The position numbers were made by a program, and so were the translations under genes. From the NCBI GenBank assembly GCA_965215195.1, contig CBDCDC010000002.1, positions 3,840,001 through 3,904,000 of the forward strand: a DNA stretch of 64,000 nucleotides, read 5' to 3'. Shown piece by piece: positions 35,924-45,146 of this stretch. Positions within the stretch are counted from its first letter, which is position 1. Each line of letters opens with the position of its first letter. Source of the DNA: Candidatus Latescibacterota bacterium (GTDB taxonomy: Bacteria; Latescibacterota; UBA2968; UBA8231). Under the pieces are notes generated by a model, which saw only the letters and a list, made by a program, of their open reading frames with translations, was not told the DNA's origin and made no database searches.

Positions 35924-38900
35924 ATGACCACCCTCACCGAAGCTGTCGTCGAAGACGCCGCCCTCGCTTGGCTCGAAAGCCTCGGCTGGACGATTGCCCC
36001 CGGTGCTGCTGCCGCGGAGCGCACCTCCTACGGTCAGGTCGTCTTGGAGCAACGGCTGCGGGACGCCTTGACCCGGCTGAATCCCTCGCTACCCGCCAGT
36101 GCGCTAGACGACGCTTTCCGCAAGCTGACCCGCCCGGTAGGCGCGACCCTCGAAACGCGCAACCGCACCTTCCATCAGATGCTGGTAGAAGGCGTGACGG
36201 TCGAATATCGGGCCGACGACAGTTCGATCCGTGGAGCGCAAGCGCAGGTTGTCAATTTTGACGACGTGGCGGCCAACGACTGGCTCGCTGTCGATCAGTT
36301 CACGGTAGCCGAGAACCGGCATAACCGCCGCCCGGACATCGTGCTGTTCGTCAACGGCCTGCCGCTGGGAGTGATCGAACTCAAGAATCCAGCGGACGAA
36401 GACGCCACCATCTGGACCGCTTGGCAACAATTCCAGACCTACAAGGCCGAGTTGCCGACGCTGTTTGCGTTTAACGAACTGCTGATGGTGTCGGACGGAA
36501 TGCAGGCCCGCGTCGGTACGCTCACGGCCGGGCGGGAGTGGTTCAAGCCTTGGCGCACCATCACCGGCGAAGCGCTAGCCGACCCTAATAAGCCGGAGTT
36601 ACAGGTGGCCTTGGAGGGGGTCTGCGAGCCGGGGCGGTTCCTGGCCCTCGTGCGCGACTTCATCGCGTTTGAGGACGATGGTAGCGGTGCGCTCGTCAAG
36701 AAGATGGCCGGCTATCACCAGTACCACGCGGTCCGGGTCGCCGTGGGCGAGACCCTGCGTGCGGCCAAGCTGCAACGCACGGTCAAGCAGGTGGCCGAAG
36801 AGCGCGGGCGCTACGAATCGGGCCAAAAGCCCGGCGGCGAGCTGGGCGACCGGCGCATCGGCGTGGTCTGGCACACGCAAGGGTCGGGCAAAAGTCTGAC
36901 CATGGTCTTCTATGCCGGGCGCATCATTCGCGAACCGGCCATGGGCAACCCTACCATCGTCGTGCTCACCGACCGCAACGACCTCGACGACCAGCTCTTC
37001 GGCACGTTTGCGCACTGCCAAGACTTGCTGCGCCAGCCGCCGGTGCGGGCAGATAGCCGGGCCGACCTGCGTAACAAGCTCTCGGTCGAAGCGGGCGGCG
37101 TGGTCTTCACCACCATCCAGAAGTTTTTCCCCGAAGAGAAGGGCGACAGGCATCCGGTGCTTTCTCCGCGACCCAACATCGTGGTCATTGCCGATGAAGC
37201 GCACCGCAGCCAGTACGACTTCATCGACGGGTTCGCCCGCCACATGCGCGATGCATTGCCGTGCGCCTCCTTTGTTGGCTTTACCGGAACGCCTGTGGAG
37301 TTGCGGGACGCCAACACCCGCGCCGTGTTCGGCGATTACATCAGTATCTACGACATTCAGCGCTCAGTCGAGGACGGGGCCACAGTGCCGATCTACTACG
37401 AGAGCCGCCTCGCTAAATTGGCCCTCGACGCGGGGGAGCGGCCGCGCATTGACCCGGGTTTTACAGAAGCCACCGAAGGCGAGGAAATCGAGCGCAAGGA
37501 AAAGCTCAAGGCCCGCTGGGCACAGCTAGAGGCCATCGTCGGCGCGGAGAAGCGCTTGCGGCTGATCGCCCAAGACATCGTAGAGCACTTTGGGCAACGC
37601 TTGGCAGCGTTGGACGGCAAGGCCATGATCGTCTGCATGAGCCGCCGCATTTGCATCGACCTCTACCGCGAACTGGTGCGCTTGCGCCCGGACTGGCACA
37701 GCGAGGACGACACGCAGGGAGCCGTCAAGGTGGTGATGACCGGCTCGGCGTCCGACCCGCTAGAATGGCAGCCGCACATCCGCAACAAGCCCCGGCGCGA
37801 GGCACTGGCCAAGCGGTTCCGCGACGCGGCCGATCCGTTCTGCGTCGTGCTGGTGCGCGACATGTGGCTGACGGGTTTTGACGCGCCGAGCCTGCATACG
37901 ATGTACGTCGATAAGCCCATGCGCGGTCATGGGCTGATGCAGGCGATTGCCCGCGTCAACCGCGTGTTCAAGGACAAGCCGGGCGGCTTGGTGGTGGATT
38001 ACCTCGGCTTGGCCCACGAGTTGAAAAGTGCCTTGGCTACCTACACCGAGAGCGGGGGCACCGGGCAGACCGCGCTCGATCAGGAGCAGGCGGTGGCGGC
38101 GATGCGGGAAAAGTACGAGGTCTGTTGCGGCCTGTTCTACGGATTCGATTGGTCGGCTTGGACCGCCGGTACGCCAGCAGAGAAGCTGGGCCTGTTGCCA
38201 TTGGCGCAGGAGCACATCTTGGCACAGGAAGACGGCAAGGCTCGCTGTGTGCAGGCCGTGCGGGCACTCTCGCAAGCCTTGGCCTTGGCCGTGCCGCACG
38301 AGGACGCGCTGTGCATCCGGGACGACGTGGGGTTCTTCCAAGCCGTGCAATCCGTGCTCGCCAAGCGCGCCCCCGGCAGCGCATGCTCCGAGGCGGAGAT
38401 GGACCACGCGGTGCGCCAGATCATCTCGCGGGCCGTGGCTTCCGAGGGGGTGATGGACCTCTTCGCCGCGGCCGGGCTGAATAAGCCGGACATTTCGGTA
38501 CTATCAGACGAGTTTTTGGCCGAGGTGAAGGGGATGCCCCAGCGCAATCTCGCCGTGGAGTTGTTGCAAAAGCTGCTCAAGGGCGAACTCGCTGCCCGCC
38601 GGCGGAAGAACGTGGTGCAAGCGCGCTCCTTCGGCGAGATGCTGGAGCAGACCCTGCGCCGCTATCAGAACCGGGCCATTGAGGCCGCGCAGGTAATTGA
38701 AGAACTGATCGGGCTTGCCAAGGAAATGCGCGAGGCCAACGCTCGCGGCGAGCAACTAGGTCTTGCTGAAGACGAGCTGGCCTTGTACGACGCGCTGGAG
38801 ACTAACGACAGCGCCGTCCAAGTCTTGGGCGATGAGACCCTGTGCCGCATAGCCCGCGAACTCGTCGAGACCGTCCGCAACAATGTCACTATCGACTGGA

Positions 38901-39058
38901 CGCTGCGGGAGAACGTGCGGGCGAAGCTGCGCGTGCTGGTTAAGCGCACGCTGAAACGCCATGGCTATCCGCCGGACAAGCAGGAAAACGCCACGAAGAC
39001 CGTCCTAACACAGGCCGAAGTGCTGTCGGAAGGATGGGCGGCCTACCCATGCCATTGA
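35924..39058 (+). CDS. hsdR: Type I restriction endonuclease subunit R
   Basis: '[20 protein letters not shown]', 'WHTQGSGKS', 'ADEAHRSQY', 'GFTGTP', 'MWLTGFD', 'QAIARVNR', 'GYPPDKQ'. Confidence 0.95.
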   Translation: MTTLTEAVVEDAALAWLESLGWTIAPGAAAAERTSYGQVVLEQRLRDALTRLNPSLPASALDDAFRKLTRPVGATLETRNRTFHQMLVEGVTVEYRADDSSIRGAQAQVVNFDDVAANDWLAVDQFTVAENRHNRRPDIVLFVNGLPLGVIELKNPADEDATIWTAWQQFQTYKAELPTLFAFNELLMVSDGMQARVGTLTAGREWFKPWRTITGEALADPNKPELQVALEGVCEPGRFLALVRDFIAFEDDGSGALVKKMAGYHQYHAVRVAVGETLRAAKLQRTVKQVAEERGRYESGQKPGGELGDRRIGVVWHTQGSGKSLTMVFYAGRIIREPAMGNPTIVVLTDRNDLDDQLFGTFAHCQDLLRQPPVRADSRADLRNKLSVEAGGVVFTTIQKFFPEEKGDRHPVLSPRPNIVVIADEAHRSQYDFIDGFARHMRDALPCASFVGFTGTPVELRDANTRAVFGDYISIYDIQRSVEDGATVPIYYESRLAKLALDAGERPRIDPGFTEATEGEEIERKEKLKARWAQLEAIVGAEKRLRLIAQDIVEHFGQRLAALDGKAMIVCMSRRICIDLYRELVRLRPDWHSEDDTQGAVKVVMTGSASDPLEWQPHIRNKPRREALAKRFRDAADPFCVVLVRDMWLTGFDAPSLHTMYVDKPMRGHGLMQAIARVNRVFKDKPGGLVVDYLGLAHELKSALATYTESGGTGQTALDQEQAVAAMREKYEVCCGLFYGFDWSAWTAGTPAEKLGLLPLAQEHILAQEDGKARCVQAVRALSQALALAVPHEDALCIRDDVGFFQAVQSVLAKRAPGSACSEAEMDHAVRQIISRAVASEGVMDLFAAAGLNKPDISVLSDEFLAEVKGMPQRNLAVELLQKLLKGELAARRRKNVVQARSFGEMLEQTLRRYQNRAIEAAQVIEELIGLAKEMREANARGEQLGLAEDELALYDALETNDSAVQVLGDETLCRIARELVETVRNNVTIDWTLRENVRAKLRVLVKRTLKRHGYPPDKQENATKTVLTQAEVLSEGWAAYPCH

Positions 39059-39237
39059 CTAACGATCGTTATTCCCTACTAGACTCACTCGAAGATGAAC
39101 GACGATGGGATCGTTCGTTCGCTGACTCGCAGGATAAGCTCGCCCAATTGGCCCAAAAAGTTCGCACGGACATTGAAGCTGGTCGGGTCCACAAAATGAG
39201 TACGACAAATTGCTCAATCGACTATAAGCGCCCCTAA
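39049..39237 (+). pseudogene. C-terminal remnant of a small antitoxin-like protein
   Basis: 'LLDSLEDERRWDRSFADSQDKLAQLAQKVRTDIEAGRV' resembles small TA antitoxin C-termini; N-terminus and toxin partner absent. Confidence 0.5.
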
Positions 39238-39242
39238 CAATC

Positions 39243-39815
39243 ATGAACGCGACGCGCAAAAGCCCCATCGCCCATCTCGTTGCCGACGCACCCGCTGCGG
39301 TGCAGGCCGCCTTGCACCATCCGGTTGATATGGTCAAGGTCGGGGCCAAAGGACCGCGCTTGGTCGAGTGGGCCGAGCAGTACGCGCTGGTCCTGCCAGC
39401 GCGGATATACGACACGCGGCCCGTGGGAGCGGATGGGGTTTTGGCGCGGGTGGGCGCGGGCGAACTTATCTTGGAGTGCCGGCCCGCAGACGAGTTGTGG
39501 GCGCGCCTGAACGCGGCGTTGGAAGCTGCGGAGGCCGGGGTCTATCGGGTGGAGCAGCAGTCGGCGACCTTGGTGGTGCGGGGGGATGCAGCCGCGAGTA
39601 TTTTGGCGCAGGCCTGCGCGGTGGATTTGGCTCGTGCGCCAGCAGGGCGGATGGTGTACACGCAGGTGGCCGGGGCGGCTTGCGGGGTGCTGCCGCACAG
39701 TAGGGACGGGCAGCGCGCGTACCGCCTGTGGGTCGATTACAGCTTGGCGACCTATCTGTGGGAAGTGCTCGCCGCCATTGCCGCGGATCTCACTTGCGCC
39801 AAAACGCCGGGCTGA
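39243..39815 (+). CDS. soxG: MgdD / sarcosine oxidase gamma subunit
   Basis: 'RKSPI', 'VRGDAAASILAQACAVDL', 'YRLWVDYSLATYLWEVL'; completes the soxBDA set. Confidence 0.82.
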   Translation: MNATRKSPIAHLVADAPAAVQAALHHPVDMVKVGAKGPRLVEWAEQYALVLPARIYDTRPVGADGVLARVGAGELILECRPADELWARLNAALEAAEAGVYRVEQQSATLVVRGDAAASILAQACAVDLARAPAGRMVYTQVAGAACGVLPHSRDGQRAYRLWVDYSLATYLWEVLAAIAADLTCAKTPG

Positions 39816-41238
39816 ACAGCACCAAGAGCGTGAAAATCTCCAGCCGCCCAATCAGCATGGCAAAGCACAGAATCCACTTGGCGACCGGATTGATGTCGCC
39901 GTAGTGATGGACGACTTGCCCCAGGCCCGGTCCTAAGTTGTTGATGCAGGCGGCTACCGCTGAAAAGGACGTAGTCAGGTCCAAGTCGGTGGCGAGTACT
40001 GCGATGAACATGATCGTGAACGCCAGCACGTACACCGAGAAAAATCCCCACACCGCTTCCATTACGCGATCGGAAACAGACCGTTGCCCCACCTTGATGG
40101 GGAGGACCGCGTTGGGGTGAATCAGGCGCGTGATCTCTCGGCTCCCCTGCTTTAGAATGAGCAACATGCGCATCATTTTAATGCCCCCTGCTGTCGAGCC
40201 GGCGCAGCCACCGGCAAACGATCCGAGGAACAACAAAAACGGCAGTACGCTAGGCCAAACCGAATGGTCTGCAATGCTAAAGCCCGTGGTGGTGACAATG
40301 GACACCGTGGCGAAGAGGCCGTAGCGCAGGGAGGTGCCGGCGTCGTGCTCGTTGTGCGTAAAAAGTATTAGCGAGGCAATTAGGATGGTGATTAGCAAAA
40401 TGGTTAGGTATGTGCGGCATTCGGGGTCAATGCGATACGGATGCAGGGACCGCTGGCGAAAGGCGTAAAAGTGCAACGTGAAGTTGATGCCCGATAGCGC
40501 GATAAAAAAGACGGCGACTAGCTCGATGGTTTGGCTGTTAAAAAAGCCAATGCTGGCGTCGTGGGTTGAAAAACCGCCGATGGAAACCGTTGTAAAGCTG
40601 TGGGCAATGGCGTCAAAAGGTTCCATGCCGGCCAGCCAATAGGCCAAGGCACAGGCCGCGGTTAAACTCAAGTAGATGTACCAAAGGGCCTTGGCGGTCT
40701 GGGTGATCCTCGGCGTCAGCTTGGAATCCTTAATAGGGCCGGTGATCTCGGCGCGAAAAAGCTGCATGCCGCCGACCCCGAGCATGGGCAACACGGCAAT
40801 GGCGAGGACGATGATGCCCATGCCGCCCAACCACTGGAGCTGCTGGCGGTATAACAAGATGGATCGGGGCAGGTCGTCCAAGCCTTGGATGACGGTGGCG
40901 CCGGTCGTGGTCAAGCCAGAGAGGGATTCGAATACCGCGTCGGTAACGCCCAGTTTGGGCTGGTCGGACAACATCAGCGGAAAGGCACCGTAAAACCCCA
41001 AGACGACCCAGAACAACACCGTTACCAAAAAGCCGTCCCTGATCCGCAACTCGGCGCGCTGCTTGCGCAATGGCAACCAGCACACCAGCCCGGTGCCAAG
41101 CGTAATGGCAAAGGCCAACAGAAAGGCGTTCTCAGTCCTCTCGCCATAGAGGAGGGATACGCCGACAGGCACTAACATGGTGACGCTAAATAGCGTCAGC
41201 AGGACGCCGAGGACCCGAAATGCGACTGCGGGGTGCAT
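39790..41238 (-). CDS. trkH: Trk potassium uptake membrane subunit
   Basis: 'FESLSGLTTTGAT', 'QWLGGMGIIV', 'GGCAGSTAGGIK', 'NNLGPGLG', 'MLIGRLEIF'. Confidence 0.95.
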   Translation of the reverse strand: MHPAVAFRVLGVLLTLFSVTMLVPVGVSLLYGERTENAFLLAFAITLGTGLVCWLPLRKQRAELRIRDGFLVTVLFWVVLGFYGAFPLMLSDQPKLGVTDAVFESLSGLTTTGATVIQGLDDLPRSILLYRQQLQWLGGMGIIVLAIAVLPMLGVGGMQLFRAEITGPIKDSKLTPRITQTAKALWYIYLSLTAACALAYWLAGMEPFDAIAHSFTTVSIGGFSTHDASIGFFNSQTIELVAVFFIALSGINFTLHFYAFRQRSLHPYRIDPECRTYLTILLITILIASLILFTHNEHDAGTSLRYGLFATVSIVTTTGFSIADHSVWPSVLPFLLFLGSFAGGCAGSTAGGIKMMRMLLILKQGSREITRLIHPNAVLPIKVGQRSVSDRVMEAVWGFFSVYVLAFTIMFIAVLATDLDLTTSFSAVAACINNLGPGLGQVVHHYGDINPVAKWILCFAMLIGRLEIFTLLVLFSPAFWRK

Positions 41239-41248
41239 GCGTTATAGT

Positions 41249-42592
41249 TCACGCTCCGAAGATCTTTCGCACTTCCGCATGGACGTAGTGGCGGGCGAAG
41301 ACCACGGCTTTGTCTCCGGGGTGAATGCGCGTATCTCCACGGGGGATGATCACGCGATCGCCATGCACGACAGCGCCGATGATCGAATCCCTCGGTAGGC
41401 GGATGGAGATCAGGGGTTTTTGGGTGATTTTGCTGCCGCCGTGGGCGATGTACTCGACCGCTTCCACGTCGAGGCCGGGCAGGCTGGCGATGGAGGCAAT
41501 GCGCTGGTGCCGCACGTAGCGCTGGACGGCATTGACGGTCAGGAGCTGTTTGCTCAATACCGAATCTAGGCCGATGGCCGGGGTGATGGGCATGTAATCG
41601 ACGTTGTTGACCAAGGCAATGGCGCGCGGCACTTCGAGGTGCTTGGCGACAAGCGTCGAGATGATGTTGACCTCGTCGTTGCCGGTAACGGCGATAAAGG
41701 CGTCCATGTCGGCGAGCCCTTCGACGGCCAACAGGTCGTAGTCCGTGCCGTCGCCTTGGATGACCAGCACGTTGGCGAGTTGGTCGGCGATTTGCCGGGA
41801 GCGGGTCGCGCGGCTTTCGATGAGCTTGACGTGTATCTGCGAGGAAAGCGCTTGGGCGACGAATTGGCCGATGAGGCCGCCGCCCAAGATCGCGATGTTC
41901 TCGATGCGGTGATCGGCCAGACCTGTCAAGCGGAGCACCGAGGGAATAAAGTCGGGATCGCTGATGACGAAGATCCGGTCCTCTGGCAGCAGCTTGGTGT
42001 TGCCGCTGGGGATCAAGGTCTGCTGCTTGCGCTGGATGGCGACGATGCGCATGGGAATGTCGGCAAACTGCCGCCCCAATTCGGTCAGGGGGGCGTGGAG
42101 CAGGGAGGACTGATGGTCGAGGCGCATGCCGAGCAAGACGAGCTTGCCCTCGGAAAACTCGACCAGATCAGTGGCACTGGACTGGCGGATGAGGCGGACG
42201 ATGGCGTCGGCGGTTTCCTTCTCCGGGTGGATGAACTGATCGACGCCAAGTTCTTGCGGGCTGAAGATAAAGTCGGGCGCGGCAAATTCGGGATTGCGGA
42301 TGCGGGCGATGGCCGATTGGATGCCTAGCTTCTTGGCCATTCTACAGGCGAGCAGGTTGACTTCGTCGTTGGTGGTCATGGCGGCGACGAGATCCACCTG
42401 CTCAATGCCGATCCCGCGCAAGTCCTGCAAACTGGTGCCATTGCCTTCGGCGACGATGATGTCGAGCTGTTCGCTAACGCGCTTGACGCGGCTGGGGTCG
42501 GTGTCAATCTGGGTAATATCGTGCCCGTCTTGGCTCAGTTGCTTGCTCAACTGGAAGCCGATGGCCCCGGCACCTATGACCAAAATGTGCAT
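41249..42592 (-). CDS. trkA: Trk potassium uptake regulatory subunit (two RCK domains)
   Basis: 'VIGAGAIG' and 'ILGGGLIG' Rossmann motifs, 'GDGTD', 'IIPRGDTRIHPGD'. Confidence 0.95.
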   Translation of the reverse strand: MHILVIGAGAIGFQLSKQLSQDGHDITQIDTDPSRVKRVSEQLDIIVAEGNGTSLQDLRGIGIEQVDLVAAMTTNDEVNLLACRMAKKLGIQSAIARIRNPEFAAPDFIFSPQELGVDQFIHPEKETADAIVRLIRQSSATDLVEFSEGKLVLLGMRLDHQSSLLHAPLTELGRQFADIPMRIVAIQRKQQTLIPSGNTKLLPEDRIFVISDPDFIPSVLRLTGLADHRIENIAILGGGLIGQFVAQALSSQIHVKLIESRATRSRQIADQLANVLVIQGDGTDYDLLAVEGLADMDAFIAVTGNDEVNIISTLVAKHLEVPRAIALVNNVDYMPITPAIGLDSVLSKQLLTVNAVQRYVRHQRIASIASLPGLDVEAVEYIAHGGSKITQKPLISIRLPRDSIIGAVVHGDRVIIPRGDTRIHPGDKAVVFARHYVHAEVRKIFGA

Positions 42593-42749
42593 GGTTTTCA
42601 GCTAAATTTGCAGCGAAGTACGCCGTTAGGAATTGGAACTGATGGTGCGCTCGGGTGCCTTGGATTGTCGGGAATAACGATCGTTCGAGGGAACGATGCC
42701 GCTGCGTTCATCTGCGGATATCCTATTGTGCGTAACGTCAGTTAGAACG

Positions 42750-42885
42750 CTACTACACGACACCAGCCCTCAGCCGGCCAAGGATCGAGGGCATCTTGCC
42801 CTCGTCGAGGGCGGGACGCCCGCGATCCCGGACCCATCGGAAACAGCAGAAAAGGCGTACTCTAAAGTAAGTGTCGTGTACTAAG
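42750..42885. mobile_element. MITE copy A (136 bp)
   Basis: Ends CTACTACACGAC ... GTCGTGTACTAAG; 9-bp TSD GTTAGAACG (42741-49 and 42886-94); opposite orientation to copies B and C. Confidence 0.9.
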
Positions 42886-42928
42886 GTTAGAACGTAAAAG
42901 CTAAGGACGACGCGCCCACAACGCGAAC

Positions 42929-43243
42929 TCAGTCAATGTGAAAGACTTCGCGCAGGTCCTTAGCGCGCGGGCTGTCGTCCGGGTTGGTGGCCATGATGTC
43001 CTTCATGTAGGTCCACCACCGGCGGCAGGATGGCGTCTCGGCGATGCGATTCCAGCGCTCCTCGTCCTCGAGTTCAACGTAGGCAAAAAGCTGGTGGGTG
43101 TCTGCGTGGAGGAAGATGGAGTAGTTGTGGACGCCGTGTTCTTTGAGGGTCTGTTCCAGATCGGGCCAGATGGGGTTGTGGCGCTTTTCGTATTCGGCGT
43201 GTTGGTCGGGATTAACCTGCATGACAAAGGCTTTGCGGATCAT
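42929..43243 (-). CDS. rhaM: L-rhamnose mutarotase
   Basis: '[10 protein letters not shown]...[11 protein letters not shown]...HNYSIFL...[17 protein letters not shown]...L.EVFH'. Confidence 0.93.
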   Translation of the reverse strand: MIRKAFVMQVNPDQHAEYEKRHNPIWPDLEQTLKEHGVHNYSIFLHADTHQLFAYVELEDEERWNRIAETPSCRRWWTYMKDIMATNPDDSPRAKDLREVFHID

Positions 43244-43263
43244 GGGGTCTCCTTTTGGGTGGG

Positions 43264-44733
43264 TTAGCGAATCAGGACCAATTTGCGCGTCAGGGTCGCG
43301 TTGGCGGTGTGCAAGCGGCACAGGTACACTCCGGTGGCCCGGCCGCGGCCGCTCCAAGTGACGGTGTGCCAACCAGCCGACCGCGCGCCTTGCGCCAAAA
43401 CCGCTACTCGCTGCCCCTTGAGGTTGTACACGGCCAGTTCGACCGGCCCGGGCGCGTCCAGCGAAAAGCGGATGGCGGTGTGGCCGTTAAAGGGGTTGGG
43501 CGCGTTGGCGACGAGGGCCGCTCCCCGGCTGGCCGGCGCGTCCGCGACCTCAACGGCGGTGGGGTGCGCATCCGGCGCGAATTGGGCGAACCACAACTCG
43601 TAGTTGGGGTGGACGCCCGCGCTGAATACTACTGTGGGTATCGGCGGCGCGAGGCTGCCGCTGGCCGCGGAGATGCCGTGCATAAAAAAGGTGGAGACCA
43701 GCCCGTATTCCTCCAAATTCGGCAGGGTCACCGCGCCCCAGCTCGCCCCGGCGTCCTCCGAGGTGTAGAGCCGCAGTTGCGCGCCGTAGGTGCTGGGGAT
43801 CCACAGGCGCGCTGGTTCGCCGGGCGCGTGGAATACGGCCGCCACTTGCGACGGGCTGAGGGCTTGGCCGCTCCAAGCTCGCGCCTGCGGATCGCGCTGG
43901 AAGATGTAGAGCTGGTTGGTCGCCTCCTCGTCGGGCTGGTACTGGGCGGTGACGTAGATGCGGCCATCGGGCGTTTGCAGCATGGCCTCGCCAAAGGCCA
44001 TCGCACCTTGCGCAATGACTTCGGGTTGGGGCGGCGTGGCTGGCGCGTAGGGCAGGTGCATGTAGAGGATGCGGTCGTAGCGGGCCGTTGGATCGGGCTG
44101 GTTGCTCACCAGCAGATGAATTCCGGTCGCGTCGGGCTGGACGATGGGGTACAGCCAAGTGGTAAAAGGCTCGTCCCGCCGCTGGGCCGGGGCCAAGACA
44201 AAGGGGCCGTCCCAAGTCTGCGCGGCCAAGTCGAGCACGGCTAGCTGGAAGGTATAGGTAGCCGGGTCGCCAATATAGGCAATGACGAGCCGCTCCCCGT
44301 GGATCCCGGCCCCCATGTACCCGGCCTTGCCCGAAGGCGGCGCGGGCAACGGCTCAAAGCGGTCGATCTGCCCCGGCTCGGCCGCCCGCAGCACCACGGG
44401 CGGGCCGTTGAGGGTGGGGTAGATCAGGATGAGGCGCTGCTGGCCGTCGAGGAGCAGCAGGCCCGGCTGGTAGTTCAGGCCGTCCCACGTATAACCGCGC
44501 CGCCACTGGCCGTTTTCCAGCTTGTAGATCGCCCCTCGCGCCGTGGCCTGCTCAGCCCCCCACAGCCCCAGCGTGTAATAGGCAGTGCCGTCGAAAATTA
44601 GTTTGGGCGCGTTGTACCCCCAATAGGGGCTGACCCAAGCGACGCCCTCGTCGATTTTGGACAGCCGCACATCCACCTGCGCCCAACCTGGCCCGGCCCA
44701 CGCAGCCGCTAGGGGCAATAGCCAGCGCAACAT
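43264..44733 (-). CDS. Secreted BNR/Asp-box (β-propeller-like) protein with FlgD-Ig/T9SS-type C-terminal domain
   Basis: Signal peptide '[18 protein letters not shown]'; Asp-box 'TSEDAGASW'; 'TAVE' linker then 'NAPNPFN...[10 protein letters not shown]...TGVYLCRL'. Start uncertain. Confidence 0.75.
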   Translation of the reverse strand: MLRWLLPLAAAWAGPGWAQVDVRLSKIDEGVAWVSPYWGYNAPKLIFDGTAYYTLGLWGAEQATARGAIYKLENGQWRRGYTWDGLNYQPGLLLLDGQQRLILIYPTLNGPPVVLRAAEPGQIDRFEPLPAPPSGKAGYMGAGIHGERLVIAYIGDPATYTFQLAVLDLAAQTWDGPFVLAPAQRRDEPFTTWLYPIVQPDATGIHLLVSNQPDPTARYDRILYMHLPYAPATPPQPEVIAQGAMAFGEAMLQTPDGRIYVTAQYQPDEEATNQLYIFQRDPQARAWSGQALSPSQVAAVFHAPGEPARLWIPSTYGAQLRLYTSEDAGASWGAVTLPNLEEYGLVSTFFMHGISAASGSLAPPIPTVVFSAGVHPNYELWFAQFAPDAHPTAVEVADAPASRGAALVANAPNPFNGHTAIRFSLDAPGPVELAVYNLKGQRVAVLAQGARSAGWHTVTWSGRGRATGVYLCRLHTANATLTRKLVLIR

Positions 44734-44859
44734 GGGGTCGGGAGGTCGTCTGCGCATGAGGATCATGGCCGTTTGCTCCTTTTCGCAAAGTGCCAAGTGT
44801 CTGGCATTCCGCCCACCGAGTCAAATTAAGCGTATATTGCGGTGCCAAAAGAACGCCGC

Positions 44860-44992
44860 CTTAGTACACGACCCCTAAAGTAGGCACCCCTTACTTTAGA
44901 GTACGCCTTTTCTGCTGTTTCCGCTGGGTGCGGGATCGAGGGCAAGATGCCCTCGATCCTTGGCCGGCTGAGGGCTGGTGTCGTGTAGTAAG
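44860..44992. mobile_element. MITE copy B (133 bp)
   Basis: CTTAGTACACGAC ... GTCGTGTAGTAAG; TSD GAACGCCGC (44851-59 and 44993-45001). Confidence 0.92.
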
Positions 44993-45050
44993 GAACGCCG
45001 CTCAGAAGCCGTTTGAAAACTAAAGTTTTGCTCTCGGCCTTAACTCCGAG

Positions 45051-45080
45051 CCGCTGGGATCGAGGGCGTCTCGCCCGCGA
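45051..45080. repeat. Solo REP-like palindrome outside the MITE
   Basis: GGGATCGAGGGCGTCTCGCCCGCGA, nearly identical to the MITE-internal unit. Confidence 0.7.
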
Positions 45081-45146
45081 AAATCGCCTTGCAAAGCAGC
45101 CCGACAGGGGTTTGTCACGCCTAGGCGCGGTGAAGCAGACGGCTGC

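Noticed and set aside
42593-42740. c-di-AMP (ydaO) or other riboswitch upstream of trkA
   Set aside because: The conserved ydaO sequence blocks were not found; an Infernal/Rfam scan would be needed to exclude others.
42696-42884. Small ORFs sharing 'SPQPAKDRGHLALVEGGTP' (also 58522-58809)
   Set aside because: They are translations of the MITE sequence, not a protein family.
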